From an uncultured Actinomycetes bacterium (lineage in GTDB: Bacteria > Actinomycetota > Thermoleophilia > Gaiellales > JAICJC01): a DNA stretch of 64,000 nucleotides. This document shows positions 9,587 through 18,128 of the stretch, piece by piece. Each line of letters begins with the position of its first letter. Position 1 is the stretch's first letter. The position numbers were made by a program, and so were the translations under genes. The stretch covers positions 58,626 to 122,625 of the forward strand of contig CAVWLK010000068.1 in NCBI GenBank assembly GCA_963755675.1, in the 5' to 3' direction. The notes beneath the pieces were generated by a model that was not told the DNA's origin, searched no databases, and saw only the letters and a list, made by a program, of their open reading frames with translations.

Positions 9587-10398
9587 ACGCGCTCGCCTCC
9601 CGCATTCTCGTGGCGGTGCCGCTGGCCGTGGTCGCGATCCTTGCCGTCGTCGCGGGCGGCTGGCCGATGGTCGGACTGGCCGTTGTGGGCGCCGTGGTCG
9701 CGATGCACGAGTTCGGGCAGATGACCCGCGATCTGCGCCCGCTGACAATCGGCGGGTTCGCCGGCGTGATCGCGATCATCGTGACGATCCACGAGGGCGG
9801 CTTGGTCTGGAGCCTGCTGCCGCTGATGGCGACGCTGCTTGTGACGTTCTGGCTGAGCGCGGTCGCTGACGTCCGCCAGACAGCCACAGTCCAGCTCGCG
9901 GTGACGCTGTTCGGCGTGGTGTGGATCGGGTATGGGATCGGGTTCCTGGTCGCCCTGCGCGACATCGAGCAGAACTCGGGCTGGGGTGAGACGCTGCTGA
10001 TCGCGGTGCTGATTGGCGTCTGGATGTCGGATATCTTCGCCTACGTCGGCGGGCGCATGTTCGGCCGTCGCAAGCTCGCTCGCGAGATCTCGCCCAACAA
10101 GACGGTGGAGGGCTTGTTGATCGGCCTGCTGGTGGGCACCGCCACCGTCTTCTTCTGGCTCTACGGCCGGCCGGTTGACGATCCGATCAGCCCTCTCAAC
10201 GCCTTCGAGTTCGCGCTTGCGATCGGCATCACATCGCCGGTCGGAGATCTGTTCGAGAGCTACCTCAAGCGGGACTGGGGCGTGAAGGACGTGGGCAGGC
10301 TGCTGGGAGGCCACGGCGGCGTGCTCGATCGGATCGACGCCCTACTGTTCGCCGGCGCGGCGGCGTACTTCGTGGCGCTCGCTCTCGGTCGCGCCTAG
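9583..10398 (+). CDS. cdsA: phosphatidate cytidylyltransferase
   Basis: DIFAYVGG, ISPNKTVEG, GDLFESYLKR, GVKD, GHGGVLDRID. Confidence 0.95.
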   Translation: MNALASRILVAVPLAVVAILAVVAGGWPMVGLAVVGAVVAMHEFGQMTRDLRPLTIGGFAGVIAIIVTIHEGGLVWSLLPLMATLLVTFWLSAVADVRQTATVQLAVTLFGVVWIGYGIGFLVALRDIEQNSGWGETLLIAVLIGVWMSDIFAYVGGRMFGRRKLAREISPNKTVEGLLIGLLVGTATVFFWLYGRPVDDPISPLNAFEFALAIGITSPVGDLFESYLKRDWGVKDVGRLLGGHGGVLDRIDALLFAGAAAYFVALALGRA

Positions 10399-10542
10399 AT
10401 GGTTGATTCCATGCCAAGCGTGGATGGCGGGCGCGTTGGGCGGCGGGATCGCTCGCAGCGCAGGCTCGGGAAGCCCTGGGCAAGAGCGATCGTGACGCCC
10501 AGCGTGTGCCTGCGCGGCGCTGGGTATGGAATCAGCCATCTC
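10396..10542 (-). repeat. palindromic MITE/REPIN-like element, copy 1 (inverted orientation, internally shortened)
   Basis: Ends AGATGGTTGATTCCAT / ATGGAATCAGCCATCT; reverse complement aligns to 19237-19406 and 28397-28566 with two internal deletions. Confidence 0.9.
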
Positions 10543-11285
10543 TACGCGTCGCGCGTGACCACTCGCCAGGCGCCGATCGCCAGTGCCACGGCCATCCAGA
10601 GCGCGATCGTGATCCAGGCTTGCGACGAGCTCACCTGGTGCTCGCTGTAGCGGGCCAGATCCTCGCGGGCGAAGTGGTCGACGGCGGGCCCCAGCAGCCA
10701 GTCGCGCATCCGGCCGAGCTGGTCGATGTGGGTTAGCAGCGGCTGCACCACCCACTCCAGCACGATCAGGCCTCCGATCACCCAGCCCCGCGAGCCGGCC
10801 AGCGCCGCGAAGGAGACGCCAAGCACGGTCAGCGTTCCCAGCAGCAGCGCGAGGTAGCCGGCGTCGTCGCGGATCAGGTTCCAGCTCACGCTCGGCTCAC
10901 TGCCGGCCAGCGCATATCCAGCCGCGACCGAGATCAGGTAGGCCGGGATGACCAGCATCGACACCACGATCAGCGCGCCCGGCGGACGCACAGTGAACAG
11001 CTTCAGCCGAGACACGCCGGTCGCCACCAGGTCGCGGAACACTCCGGAGCTGTGATCTTGCGATCCGGCCGTGGCGCCGATGGCCGTCGCGATCAGCCCT
11101 CCGAACGAGATGATCGCGTACATGCAACCGGTGTAACCGCCCTCGCCGCCCGTTTGCGTGTAGGAAACCGCCCGCACTGCGAGGATCACGAGCACGCTGC
11201 CCAGCATGAACGCCAGCGCAGTCCACATCAGGCCGCGCCGGCGTACCAGCTTCAGCACCTCGGCCGCGATCAGCGAGCGTGTCAC
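10542..11285 (-). CDS. ABC-2 type transporter permease
   Basis: LIAAEVLKL N-terminus, six hydrophobic segments, VATGVSRLKLF, ends TRDA; coupled to the ATPase. Confidence 0.88.
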   Translation of the reverse strand: MTRSLIAAEVLKLVRRRGLMWTALAFMLGSVLVILAVRAVSYTQTGGEGGYTGCMYAIISFGGLIATAIGATAGSQDHSSGVFRDLVATGVSRLKLFTVRPPGALIVVSMLVIPAYLISVAAGYALAGSEPSVSWNLIRDDAGYLALLLGTLTVLGVSFAALAGSRGWVIGGLIVLEWVVQPLLTHIDQLGRMRDWLLGPAVDHFAREDLARYSEHQVSSSQAWITIALWMAVALAIGAWRVVTRDA

Positions 11286-12229
11286 TCCGGCTCGGGCTCC
11301 TCGCCCAGCCGGGAGGTGATCTCCAGGAACCGCTGCTCGAGGGTGGCCGCCACTGGCTCCAACCGGTACACCGCCACTCCGGCCGCTACCAGCGCGCGAT
11401 TGACCGCCACTGCCGACGCTCGGCCACCGTCGTCATCGACCTCGACCAGCGTCAGCTGGAGCACGCCGCCTTCGACCCTCGCGGCGGTCACCGCCGGGCT
11501 GCCCGTGATAAGCGCCAGCGCGCGTGCGGGGTCGTCGCACCCCACAACCAGCAGCTTGTCGCCGCCCGAGCGAAGCTCGTCCAGCGTGCCCTCGGCGATC
11601 AGCCGGCCCTGGTCGACGATCGCCACCCGGTCGCAGATGCGCTCCACTTCCGCCAGCAGGTGCGAGGAGAGGAACACCGTGCGGCCCTCGTCCACGAACC
11701 CCCGGATCATGGCCCGGAACTCGTGGATACCGGCCGGATCCAGCCCGTTTGACGGCTCGTCCAGGATCAGCAGGCCTGGATCGGAGAGCAGGCAGCGGGC
11801 GACCCCCAGGCGCTGGCGCATGCCCAGGGAGTAGCGCTTGACGCGCTCATCGGCGCGGTCGCCGAGGCCGACCTTGGCCAGCGACGTGGCGACCCGGTCG
11901 AACGCCTCGCTGCCCCGTGCCGCCGCGATGATGCGCAGGTTCTCGCGCCCGGTGAGGTGGTTGTGGAACCGCGGCTCCTCGACGATCGCGCCCGTTCGCG
12001 CCAGCGCGGACGCCCGTTCGGCCGGCAGCTGAAGTCCCAGCATCGAGATCTCGCCCTGGTTGGGACGGGTGAGGCCGAGCAGCATCCTGATCAGCGTCGT
12101 CTTGCCGGCGCCGTTCGGCCCCAAGAAGCCGTACGCGCACCCTTCGGGCACGGACAGCTCGAGCGAGTCGACGGCCGTACGCGAGCCGAAGCGCTTGGTG
12201 AGACCGGAAACCTCGATCGCTGCGGCCAT
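11282..12229 (-). CDS. ABC transporter ATP-binding protein (BcrA/export type)
   Basis: GPNGAGKTT, YSLGMRQRLG, LILDEPSNGLDP, SSHLL. Confidence 0.95.
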   Translation of the reverse strand: MAAAIEVSGLTKRFGSRTAVDSLELSVPEGCAYGFLGPNGAGKTTLIRMLLGLTRPNQGEISMLGLQLPAERASALARTGAIVEEPRFHNHLTGRENLRIIAAARGSEAFDRVATSLAKVGLGDRADERVKRYSLGMRQRLGVARCLLSDPGLLILDEPSNGLDPAGIHEFRAMIRGFVDEGRTVFLSSHLLAEVERICDRVAIVDQGRLIAEGTLDELRSGGDKLLVVGCDDPARALALITGSPAVTAARVEGGVLQLTLVEVDDDGGRASAVAVNRALVAAGVAVYRLEPVAATLEQRFLEITSRLGEEPEPE

Positions 12230-12311
12230 GGGCGGCGGATGCTAGATCATCAAGCCCGGAGGTGGCGGCGGGCCAACCGGTCTGCAATCCGTCGCCGGTA
12301 GACTTTGCACG

Positions 12312-13457
12312 ATGAGGTCAGTCGCCATCCTCGGCGCGACCGGCTCGGTCGGTGCGCAGGCGCTTGAGATCGTCCGCGACAGCCCCGACCTGCGTCTGGT
12401 GGCGCTTTCCGCCCACTCCAGCTCCGGGCCGCTGCTGGATGCCGCCCATGGGCACGGCGTCGAGCTGCTGGCGCTGACCGACGCCGGCGCCGCCGCGGCC
12501 GTCCGCAGCGACGTCCCCGGCAGGCTGTTCGAGGGCCACGCGGGGCTGGTCGAGATGGTGCGCGCCGCCGGCGCGGATGTGGTGCTGAATGCCGTCGTCG
12601 GCGCGGCCGGCCTCGAGGCGACGATGGCGGCGCTCGAGTCGGGCAGCGACCTGGCGCTGGCAAACAAGGAGAGCCTGGTGGCGGGGGGCGAGCTGGTGAC
12701 CGCCGCCGCGCGGCGGTCGGGTCGCCGGCTGCTGCCGGTCGACAGCGAGCATTCCGCGCTCTACCAATGTCTGGAGACCGGACCCGCCGAGGCGCTCGAC
12801 TCGCTGGTGCTGACTGCGTCGGGCGGACCGTTTCGCGGCTGGTCGCGGGAGATGCTGGCCGACGTCACCGCGGAACAGGCGCTGGCCCACCCCACCTGGT
12901 CGATGGGGGCGAAGATTACGATCGACTCGGCAACGTTGATGAACAAGGGTCTGGAGCTGATCGAGGCGCACCACCTGTTCGGGGTGCCCTACCAGCGGAT
13001 CGAGGTGGTCGTGCATCCACAATCGATCGTGCACGGCATGGCCCGTTACCGGGACGGCTCTCTGATCGCGCATCTGGGCCTGCCCGACATGCGCGTGCCG
13101 ATCAGCTTCGCGCTCACCCATCCTCACCGGGCGGCCACGCCGGCGCCACGGCTCGACCTTGCCCAGCCGTTCTCGCTCGACTTCGAGCCGCCCGATACCG
13201 CTGCCTTCCGCTGCCTGGCGCTGGCGCGGCAGGCGGGGGAGGCGGGCGGCACGGCACCGTGCATCCTGAACGCGGCCAACGAGGCCGCCGTCGCGGCGTT
13301 CCTGAGCGGCGGCTGCAGCTTTCCGCAGATCGCCGACACCGTCGAGGCGGTGCTCGATCGGATGCCGGTCGAGCCGCTGGAGTCGGTGCCCCAGGTGCTC
13401 GCCGCCGACGCCCGCGCCCGTGAGCTCGCCCGCGCCGAACTGGGGGTGGCGGTGTGA
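12312..13457 (+). CDS. dxr: 1-deoxy-D-xylulose-5-phosphate reductoisomerase
   Basis: LGATGSVG, LANKESLV, PVDSEHSA, LTASGGPF, HPTWSMGAKITIDSATLMNKGLE, NAANE. Confidence 0.97.
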   Translation: MRSVAILGATGSVGAQALEIVRDSPDLRLVALSAHSSSGPLLDAAHGHGVELLALTDAGAAAAVRSDVPGRLFEGHAGLVEMVRAAGADVVLNAVVGAAGLEATMAALESGSDLALANKESLVAGGELVTAAARRSGRRLLPVDSEHSALYQCLETGPAEALDSLVLTASGGPFRGWSREMLADVTAEQALAHPTWSMGAKITIDSATLMNKGLELIEAHHLFGVPYQRIEVVVHPQSIVHGMARYRDGSLIAHLGLPDMRVPISFALTHPHRAATPAPRLDLAQPFSLDFEPPDTAAFRCLALARQAGEAGGTAPCILNAANEAAVAAFLSGGCSFPQIADTVEAVLDRMPVEPLESVPQVLAADARARELARAELGVAV

Positions 13458-14704
13458 GGTATCTGATCCCGATCCTCGGTCTGCTGCTGCTGGTCTTCCT
13501 GCACGAGCTTGGTCACTTCGTCGCCGCCAAGCGCACCGGCATGCGCGCGCTGCGCTTCTTCGTCGGCTTTCCACCGGCACTGGTCAGCCGTCGGGTTGGC
13601 GAAACGGAATACGGCATCGGCATGATCCCGCTCGGCGGCTTCGTCAAGATCCCGGGGATGCTGAGGCCGGAGCCGTCCGACCTGTGGGCGATCGACGACA
13701 TCCTCGACCGCCGCGAGAGCCTCAGCAGCGAGGATGCCTCGGATATCGGCATCGCCCGCGACGAGATCGCCCGCCTAATTGCGGCCGGTGACATCGACCG
13801 CGCCGCCGATCGGGCCGCCGCCCTCCAGCAGCGGATCGACCAGAGCGAGGGGCTGACCGAGCGCGACCGGCGCCGCGCCGACAAATGCCTCAGCCGGCTG
13901 ATCGAGTCGAGCGACCCTCGCGGGTACTGGCGCAGCCGCCCCCGCCACCGCCTGATCGTGATCGCAGCCGGGCCGTTGGCCAACATCGCGGTCGCCTACC
14001 TGTTGCTCGTTGCGCTGGCCGCCACCGGCATGCCGCAGCCGCTGAAGGCGATCCCGGTGGTGGCCGGGATCGAGCGCGGCTTCCCCGCTCAAAAGGCCGG
14101 ACTGCGCACCGGCGACCGGATCGTCTCGGTCGACGGTCGCCGGGTGAGCGGCTTTGACCAGCTGCGCAACGTCATCGGCAGCAGCGCGGGCCGGCCGCTG
14201 CACATCGTCGTGCAGCGCGGCCAGGCTCAGGTCGCGCTTCCGGCCGTGAGCGCGCGGCAGGATCAGGGACGGTACGTGATCGGCTTCATCCCCGACGCCC
14301 AGGCCACAACCAGAACGGTGGCGGTGTGGCGAGCGCCGATCGAGGGCGGAGACCAGGTGTGGAGGATGATCTCGGGCACCTTCACCGGGATCCAGAGCCA
14401 GGGCGCCTCGTCGGTCTCAAGCCCCGTCGGCATCGTCCGCGTCTCGGCCGACGCCGCCGACACCGGCGCGCCCTACTACCTGTGGCTGCTGGCCTACATC
14501 TCGCTCTCGCTCGGCATCCTCAACCTGCTGCCGTTCCTGCCGCTGGACGGCGGCCACATCCTGCTGCTGGCGCTCGAGCGGATTCGCGGCCGGGTGCTCT
14601 CGCGGGCGACGTTCGAGCGCGTCTCGGCGTTCGGGATCGCACTGGTGCTGCTGCTGTTCCTGTTCGGGCTGCAGAACGACCTGCTGGGGGCGCAGCCGCG
14701 CTGA
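13454..14704 (+). CDS. rseP: RseP/RIP M50 site-2 metalloprotease with PDZ domain
   Basis: HELGH, IPLGGFVKI, AGPLAN, PDZ (AGLRTGDRIVSVDG), NLLPFLPLDGGH. Confidence 0.93.
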   Translation: MRYLIPILGLLLLVFLHELGHFVAAKRTGMRALRFFVGFPPALVSRRVGETEYGIGMIPLGGFVKIPGMLRPEPSDLWAIDDILDRRESLSSEDASDIGIARDEIARLIAAGDIDRAADRAAALQQRIDQSEGLTERDRRRADKCLSRLIESSDPRGYWRSRPRHRLIVIAAGPLANIAVAYLLLVALAATGMPQPLKAIPVVAGIERGFPAQKAGLRTGDRIVSVDGRRVSGFDQLRNVIGSSAGRPLHIVVQRGQAQVALPAVSARQDQGRYVIGFIPDAQATTRTVAVWRAPIEGGDQVWRMISGTFTGIQSQGASSVSSPVGIVRVSADAADTGAPYYLWLLAYISLSLGILNLLPFLPLDGGHILLLALERIRGRVLSRATFERVSAFGIALVLLLFLFGLQNDLLGAQPR

Positions 14705-14731
14705 GGGTGTGGCCGATCCTCGCATCAATCG

Positions 14732-14760
14732 TTGCAAATCGGACGGTTATGCCATAGGAT
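14732..14760 (+). promoter_or_regulatory. sigma-A type promoter for the large secreted protein
   Basis: TTGCAA (14732-14737), 17 nt spacer, TAGGAT (14755-14760). Confidence 0.65.
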
Positions 14761-14932
14761 CACCCGGAATCAACGCGACCCTTGGGGGGCCCATGGGATG
14801 ACGTGATGCGTTGAGTGGCTTCGGGATCGCTCCAGACATGCCCGACGCCGGAGGTTTGTCTTTGCCCGCCGGCTCCGCTGCGGCTCATACGGCAGGGCGG
14901 CAACTCTAACAGGGGGGACGATTGTCGTGAAA

Positions 14933-17160
14933 ATGCGACCGCACGGAGGATCCGGGCGTACCAGGCGACGGCGAGTTTCGATAGGAAGCTCGGTGTGCGC
15001 GTTGGTGGTGCTTGCAAGCCTCTACATCGTGGGGTCTGCTCAGGCCGTCCACGATCTCAGCTTCCAGCTCGACGGCGACACGAGCGTTACGTGCGGCACC
15101 GTGCCCGACTGCTCGACACAGACTCTCGACTGGAACAGCCTGTTCAACGCCAATGGAACGAACACCTCAACTATCGATCCGACGGCGACGGTCGGATTCA
15201 CGAACGGTGATTTCGTACGCGATTTCGGCGTGAAGGTCAGCGCCACCGACAAGTGCTCGCTCACGAACACCACGTCGACGACCTTCTGCACCGGCGACAG
15301 CACGACGTTCGCGACGGGCAGCAAGGACACCCTGAACATCACGCCGGGGTGGCAGTGCAACCACGACAACAACGTCAACAGCAAGATCGACATCATGAAC
15401 GCCTACTGCAGCGGCGTACACGGCGTCGAACGGCGACAAGATCATTTACTTCGGGCTGGACAAGAACAAGGACAACGGCAACAACAACGTCGGTTTCTGG
15501 TTCCTCCAGGGCGGCGCGAGTTGCACGTCGCCCAGCGGGAGCGTGCCGTTCACCGGGACTCACCAGGACGGCGACGTCCTGGTCGTCTCCGCGTTCACGA
15601 GCGGCGGCGGCGTGAGCAGCATCCTCGCCTTCCGGTGGGCGGGTGGTGCCACAGGCTGCATCGACTCGAACGACGACCCGAACCCGAAGACCGGCTGCAA
15701 TGGGCAGCCGATCGGCAGCGGCGGTGACTGTAAGGACGCCTCAGCCATCGGCACACATCCGGTCGACGTGATCTGTGCGACCACCAACTCTGGGACGAAG
15801 GCCTTCAACGGCAACATCACCACCAAGTGGCTCACCTCTGACGCCACGCTCGGTGTTGGCCATACCGTCGTGCCACCCGACTTCTTCGAGGGTGGGATCG
15901 ACATCACGAGGGCCTTCCAAGAGGCCGGCGGCACCACACCATCGTGCTTCAACACGTTCGTCGGCGATACCCGCTCCTCGCAGTCGCTCACCGCGACGCT
16001 GTTCGACTTTGCCCGCGGCCAGCTCGGGGAGTGCACGACGACCCTGACGACCAGCGCCGCCGGCACGGCCAACGGTGATATCGGCTCCGGCACGGTCTCG
16101 TCCGGTACTGACACGGCCACGTTGACCATCACCGGCACCACGAACTGGGGCGGGACGCTGACCTGGTACCTGTGCGGCCCTGTCGCAGTTGATGGGTGCG
16201 ACAACACCAAGGGCGTCCAGGTGACGAGCAGGACCGTCGAGCAATAGCTCTCCGGCGACCGACTTCGTCTCCGGCACGGCGAACCTGACGTCGGTGGGGC
16301 GCTACTGCTGGACGGCCCACTTTGAGCCGGACAGCGCAACCGCGGCGGCAGGTGTTACCGCGCAAAACGACACAGGGGTCGGAGAGTGCTTCACCGTCAG
16401 CCCGGTGACGCCGACGCTCGCCACGTCGGCGAGCTGTTCGGCGAACCCATGCGTCGTCGGCAACACGCTGAGCGATACGGCGACCCTCACCGGTGCTGCC
16501 ACCGGGCCGGGCACCAACGGCTCAAACACGAACTACCCGTCGATCAACGCCACCAGCCCACCGGCAGCGGGCGGTTCGATCAGCTGGATCGCATACGGGC
16601 CTGACAACTGCACAACTGTTGCAATGGCCTCGACGTCGAGGGATGTGAGCGGAAACGGGACGTACCCAACCGCCTCGCAAAGCGCGGTCAGCTTCACGGC
16701 CGGCGCGGTGGGCACGTTCACGTTCGTCGCCTCTTACACGGGCGACTCGCCGAACACGAACAGCGCCGGCCCCTCCGCATGTCCGGACACGACCGGCACG
16801 GAGAAGATCACGGTCGGCGGCAACGCCAGCATCGCGTCGGCACAGAGGTGGCTCCCGAACGACCGCGTAGTGGTGACGGGAGACGCCAACCTGAACGGCA
16901 CGTTGACCGTCACCCTGTACCCGAGCAGCGACTGCACCGGTACTGCGGTGAGCAACCAGTCCTACTCGACGACGTTCACGAATGCGACGAGCCCTCAGAC
17001 GTTCAACACGACCAACTCGACGTTCTTCGTCGGTACCAAGTCAGACGGTACCGCCGGAGGTGCGACGGGGGCCTACTCGTGGTTGGTGCACTACGCGGAC
17101 ACCAAGCTCAACAGCCCGACCGACACCTGCGAGTCGTCGAACGTCTCGATAACAAACTGA
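14933..17160 (+). CDS. large secreted Thr/Gly/Cys-rich protein with uncharacterised N-terminal beta domain and Ig-like repeats (two apparent +1 frameshifts at ~15408 and ~16239)
   Basis: Arg-rich n-region, hydrophobic core and AQA-V cleavage site. Three consecutive ORF pieces join when one base is removed at each break (NAY/AAAYTAS; SRTV/SNSSPAT). Repeats of DTATL...GG-T/S-x-T/S-W...GP...C and G-x-Y/F-x-W/F...Y. Confidence 0.75.
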
Positions 17161-17190
17161 TATCCAGGAAGGAGCGACTGGCTCGATGAA

Positions 17191-17222
17191 CGAGAGGCCC
17201 CGGCAAACGCCGGGGCCTCTCG
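17191..17222. terminator. bidirectional hairpin terminator between convergent secreted-protein genes
   Basis: Perfect 14 bp stem CGAGAGGCCCCGGC-AAAC-GCCGGGGCCTCTCG. Confidence 0.8.
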
Positions 17223-17256
17223 CTGTCTCGACTCGTGACGGAGGTTGATCGCTCGG

Positions 17257-17697
17257 TTACGAGCCCACGTGGAAGTTGGTGGAGGCGAGCTTCGACCAGC
17301 CCCGCTTCGTGTACTTGTCGAGCCATGCGGTGCAGTCCGCGCCACCGCCCTGCCAGGCTCCGGAACCGAGACCGAAGTCCCAGCTGCTGTTGAGAGCAGC
17401 GGCGAAGTAGCCGTTCCAGCCGTTCAGGACGAGGACGCCGTTCTGGTAGCACTGCAGGTTGACGTAGGGCTGCGTGGTGGCGGTCGTCGAGACGTTGAAG
17501 GTCACGACGTCGCCGTAGCTCGGCAGGCCGTCCCCGTTTGTATCGGCGACGAGCGGAGCCAAGCTGATGGAACTGCCGCTCGTTGCACCACCGGTCGTGT
17601 TGTTTCCGCCTTTCGCGGCAGATGCCACGCCCGAGAAGGCGAGCAACACAACCGCGATGACCATCAGGCCGCCGAGGACATGAATACGACGAATCAT
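17257..17697 (-). CDS. small secreted hypothetical protein
   Basis: Signal peptide (MIRRIHVLGGLMVIAVVLLAFSGVASA-AKGG), Gly/Ser linker, beta domain with two Cys (LQCYQNG...GADCTAWL); AAGGGGG SD. Confidence 0.8.
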   Translation of the reverse strand: MIRRIHVLGGLMVIAVVLLAFSGVASAAKGGNNTTGGATSGSSISLAPLVADTNGDGLPSYGDVVTFNVSTTATTQPYVNLQCYQNGVLVLNGWNGYFAAALNSSWDFGLGSGAWQGGGADCTAWLDKYTKRGWSKLASTNFHVGS

Positions 17698-17893
17698 ATG
17701 AATGGGACCCCCTTCGCGCGGACAGCAAGCCGCGCGTCGTGTTCAGCACCGCTGGGCGGATGCCCTGCGGCTGCCGGGCAGACGGAATAGCAGACCCTGG
17801 GTGACCCCCACCCGCCGTCCAACTCGACACTGCATGTATCGCCCGCAACCACCTCGGCAGCCATCCCCGATCGGGGGAGTTTGCCGGGCCAAA

Positions 17894-18083
17894 CCGGAGA
17901 CTTCGGGTGGTGATATCTCGTGCTCGAGACCATCACCTGCACCTTCGGCCGCCCGGGTTCGAGGGCTGTAAGCAGCCACTGAGGAAACTGTTGGGTTGCC
18001 GAAAAGAGTTCGCAAAGTCCGGCGCTGTGGGACACGGCAACGCCGGACGGGAGCTCGTGGTCGGACCGGGACCGTAGTCTCGG
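17894..18083 (+). ncRNA. candidate structured non-coding RNA of unknown family
   Basis: Closing stem GAGACT/AGTCTC enclosing hairpins at 17909-17937, 17964-17977 and 18006-18056. G-U pairs favour the + strand. No convincing ORF. Folded by eye only. Confidence 0.35.
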
Positions 18084-18128
18084 GGCCGGACGGCGCCCCC
18101 CGGAGGGGTGGCGGGTATCCTTCCCGCG

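Noticed and set aside
17953-17966. tRNA gene suggested by GGTTCGA
   Set aside because: No cloverleaf, D-arm or acceptor stem at the expected spacing.
17874-17990. Cobalamin riboswitch (CTGTAA, GCCACTG, GGAAA words)
   Set aside because: No GGGAA/GGGAAG pair or AGYCAG.AGACC B12 box in the right order, and no B12-related gene downstream.
17974-18062. Hammerhead ribozyme (CUGAGGA ... GAAA with a potential GCCA/UGGU stem I)
   Set aside because: Stem II does not abut GAAA, and the cleavage-site position reads CG rather than UH.
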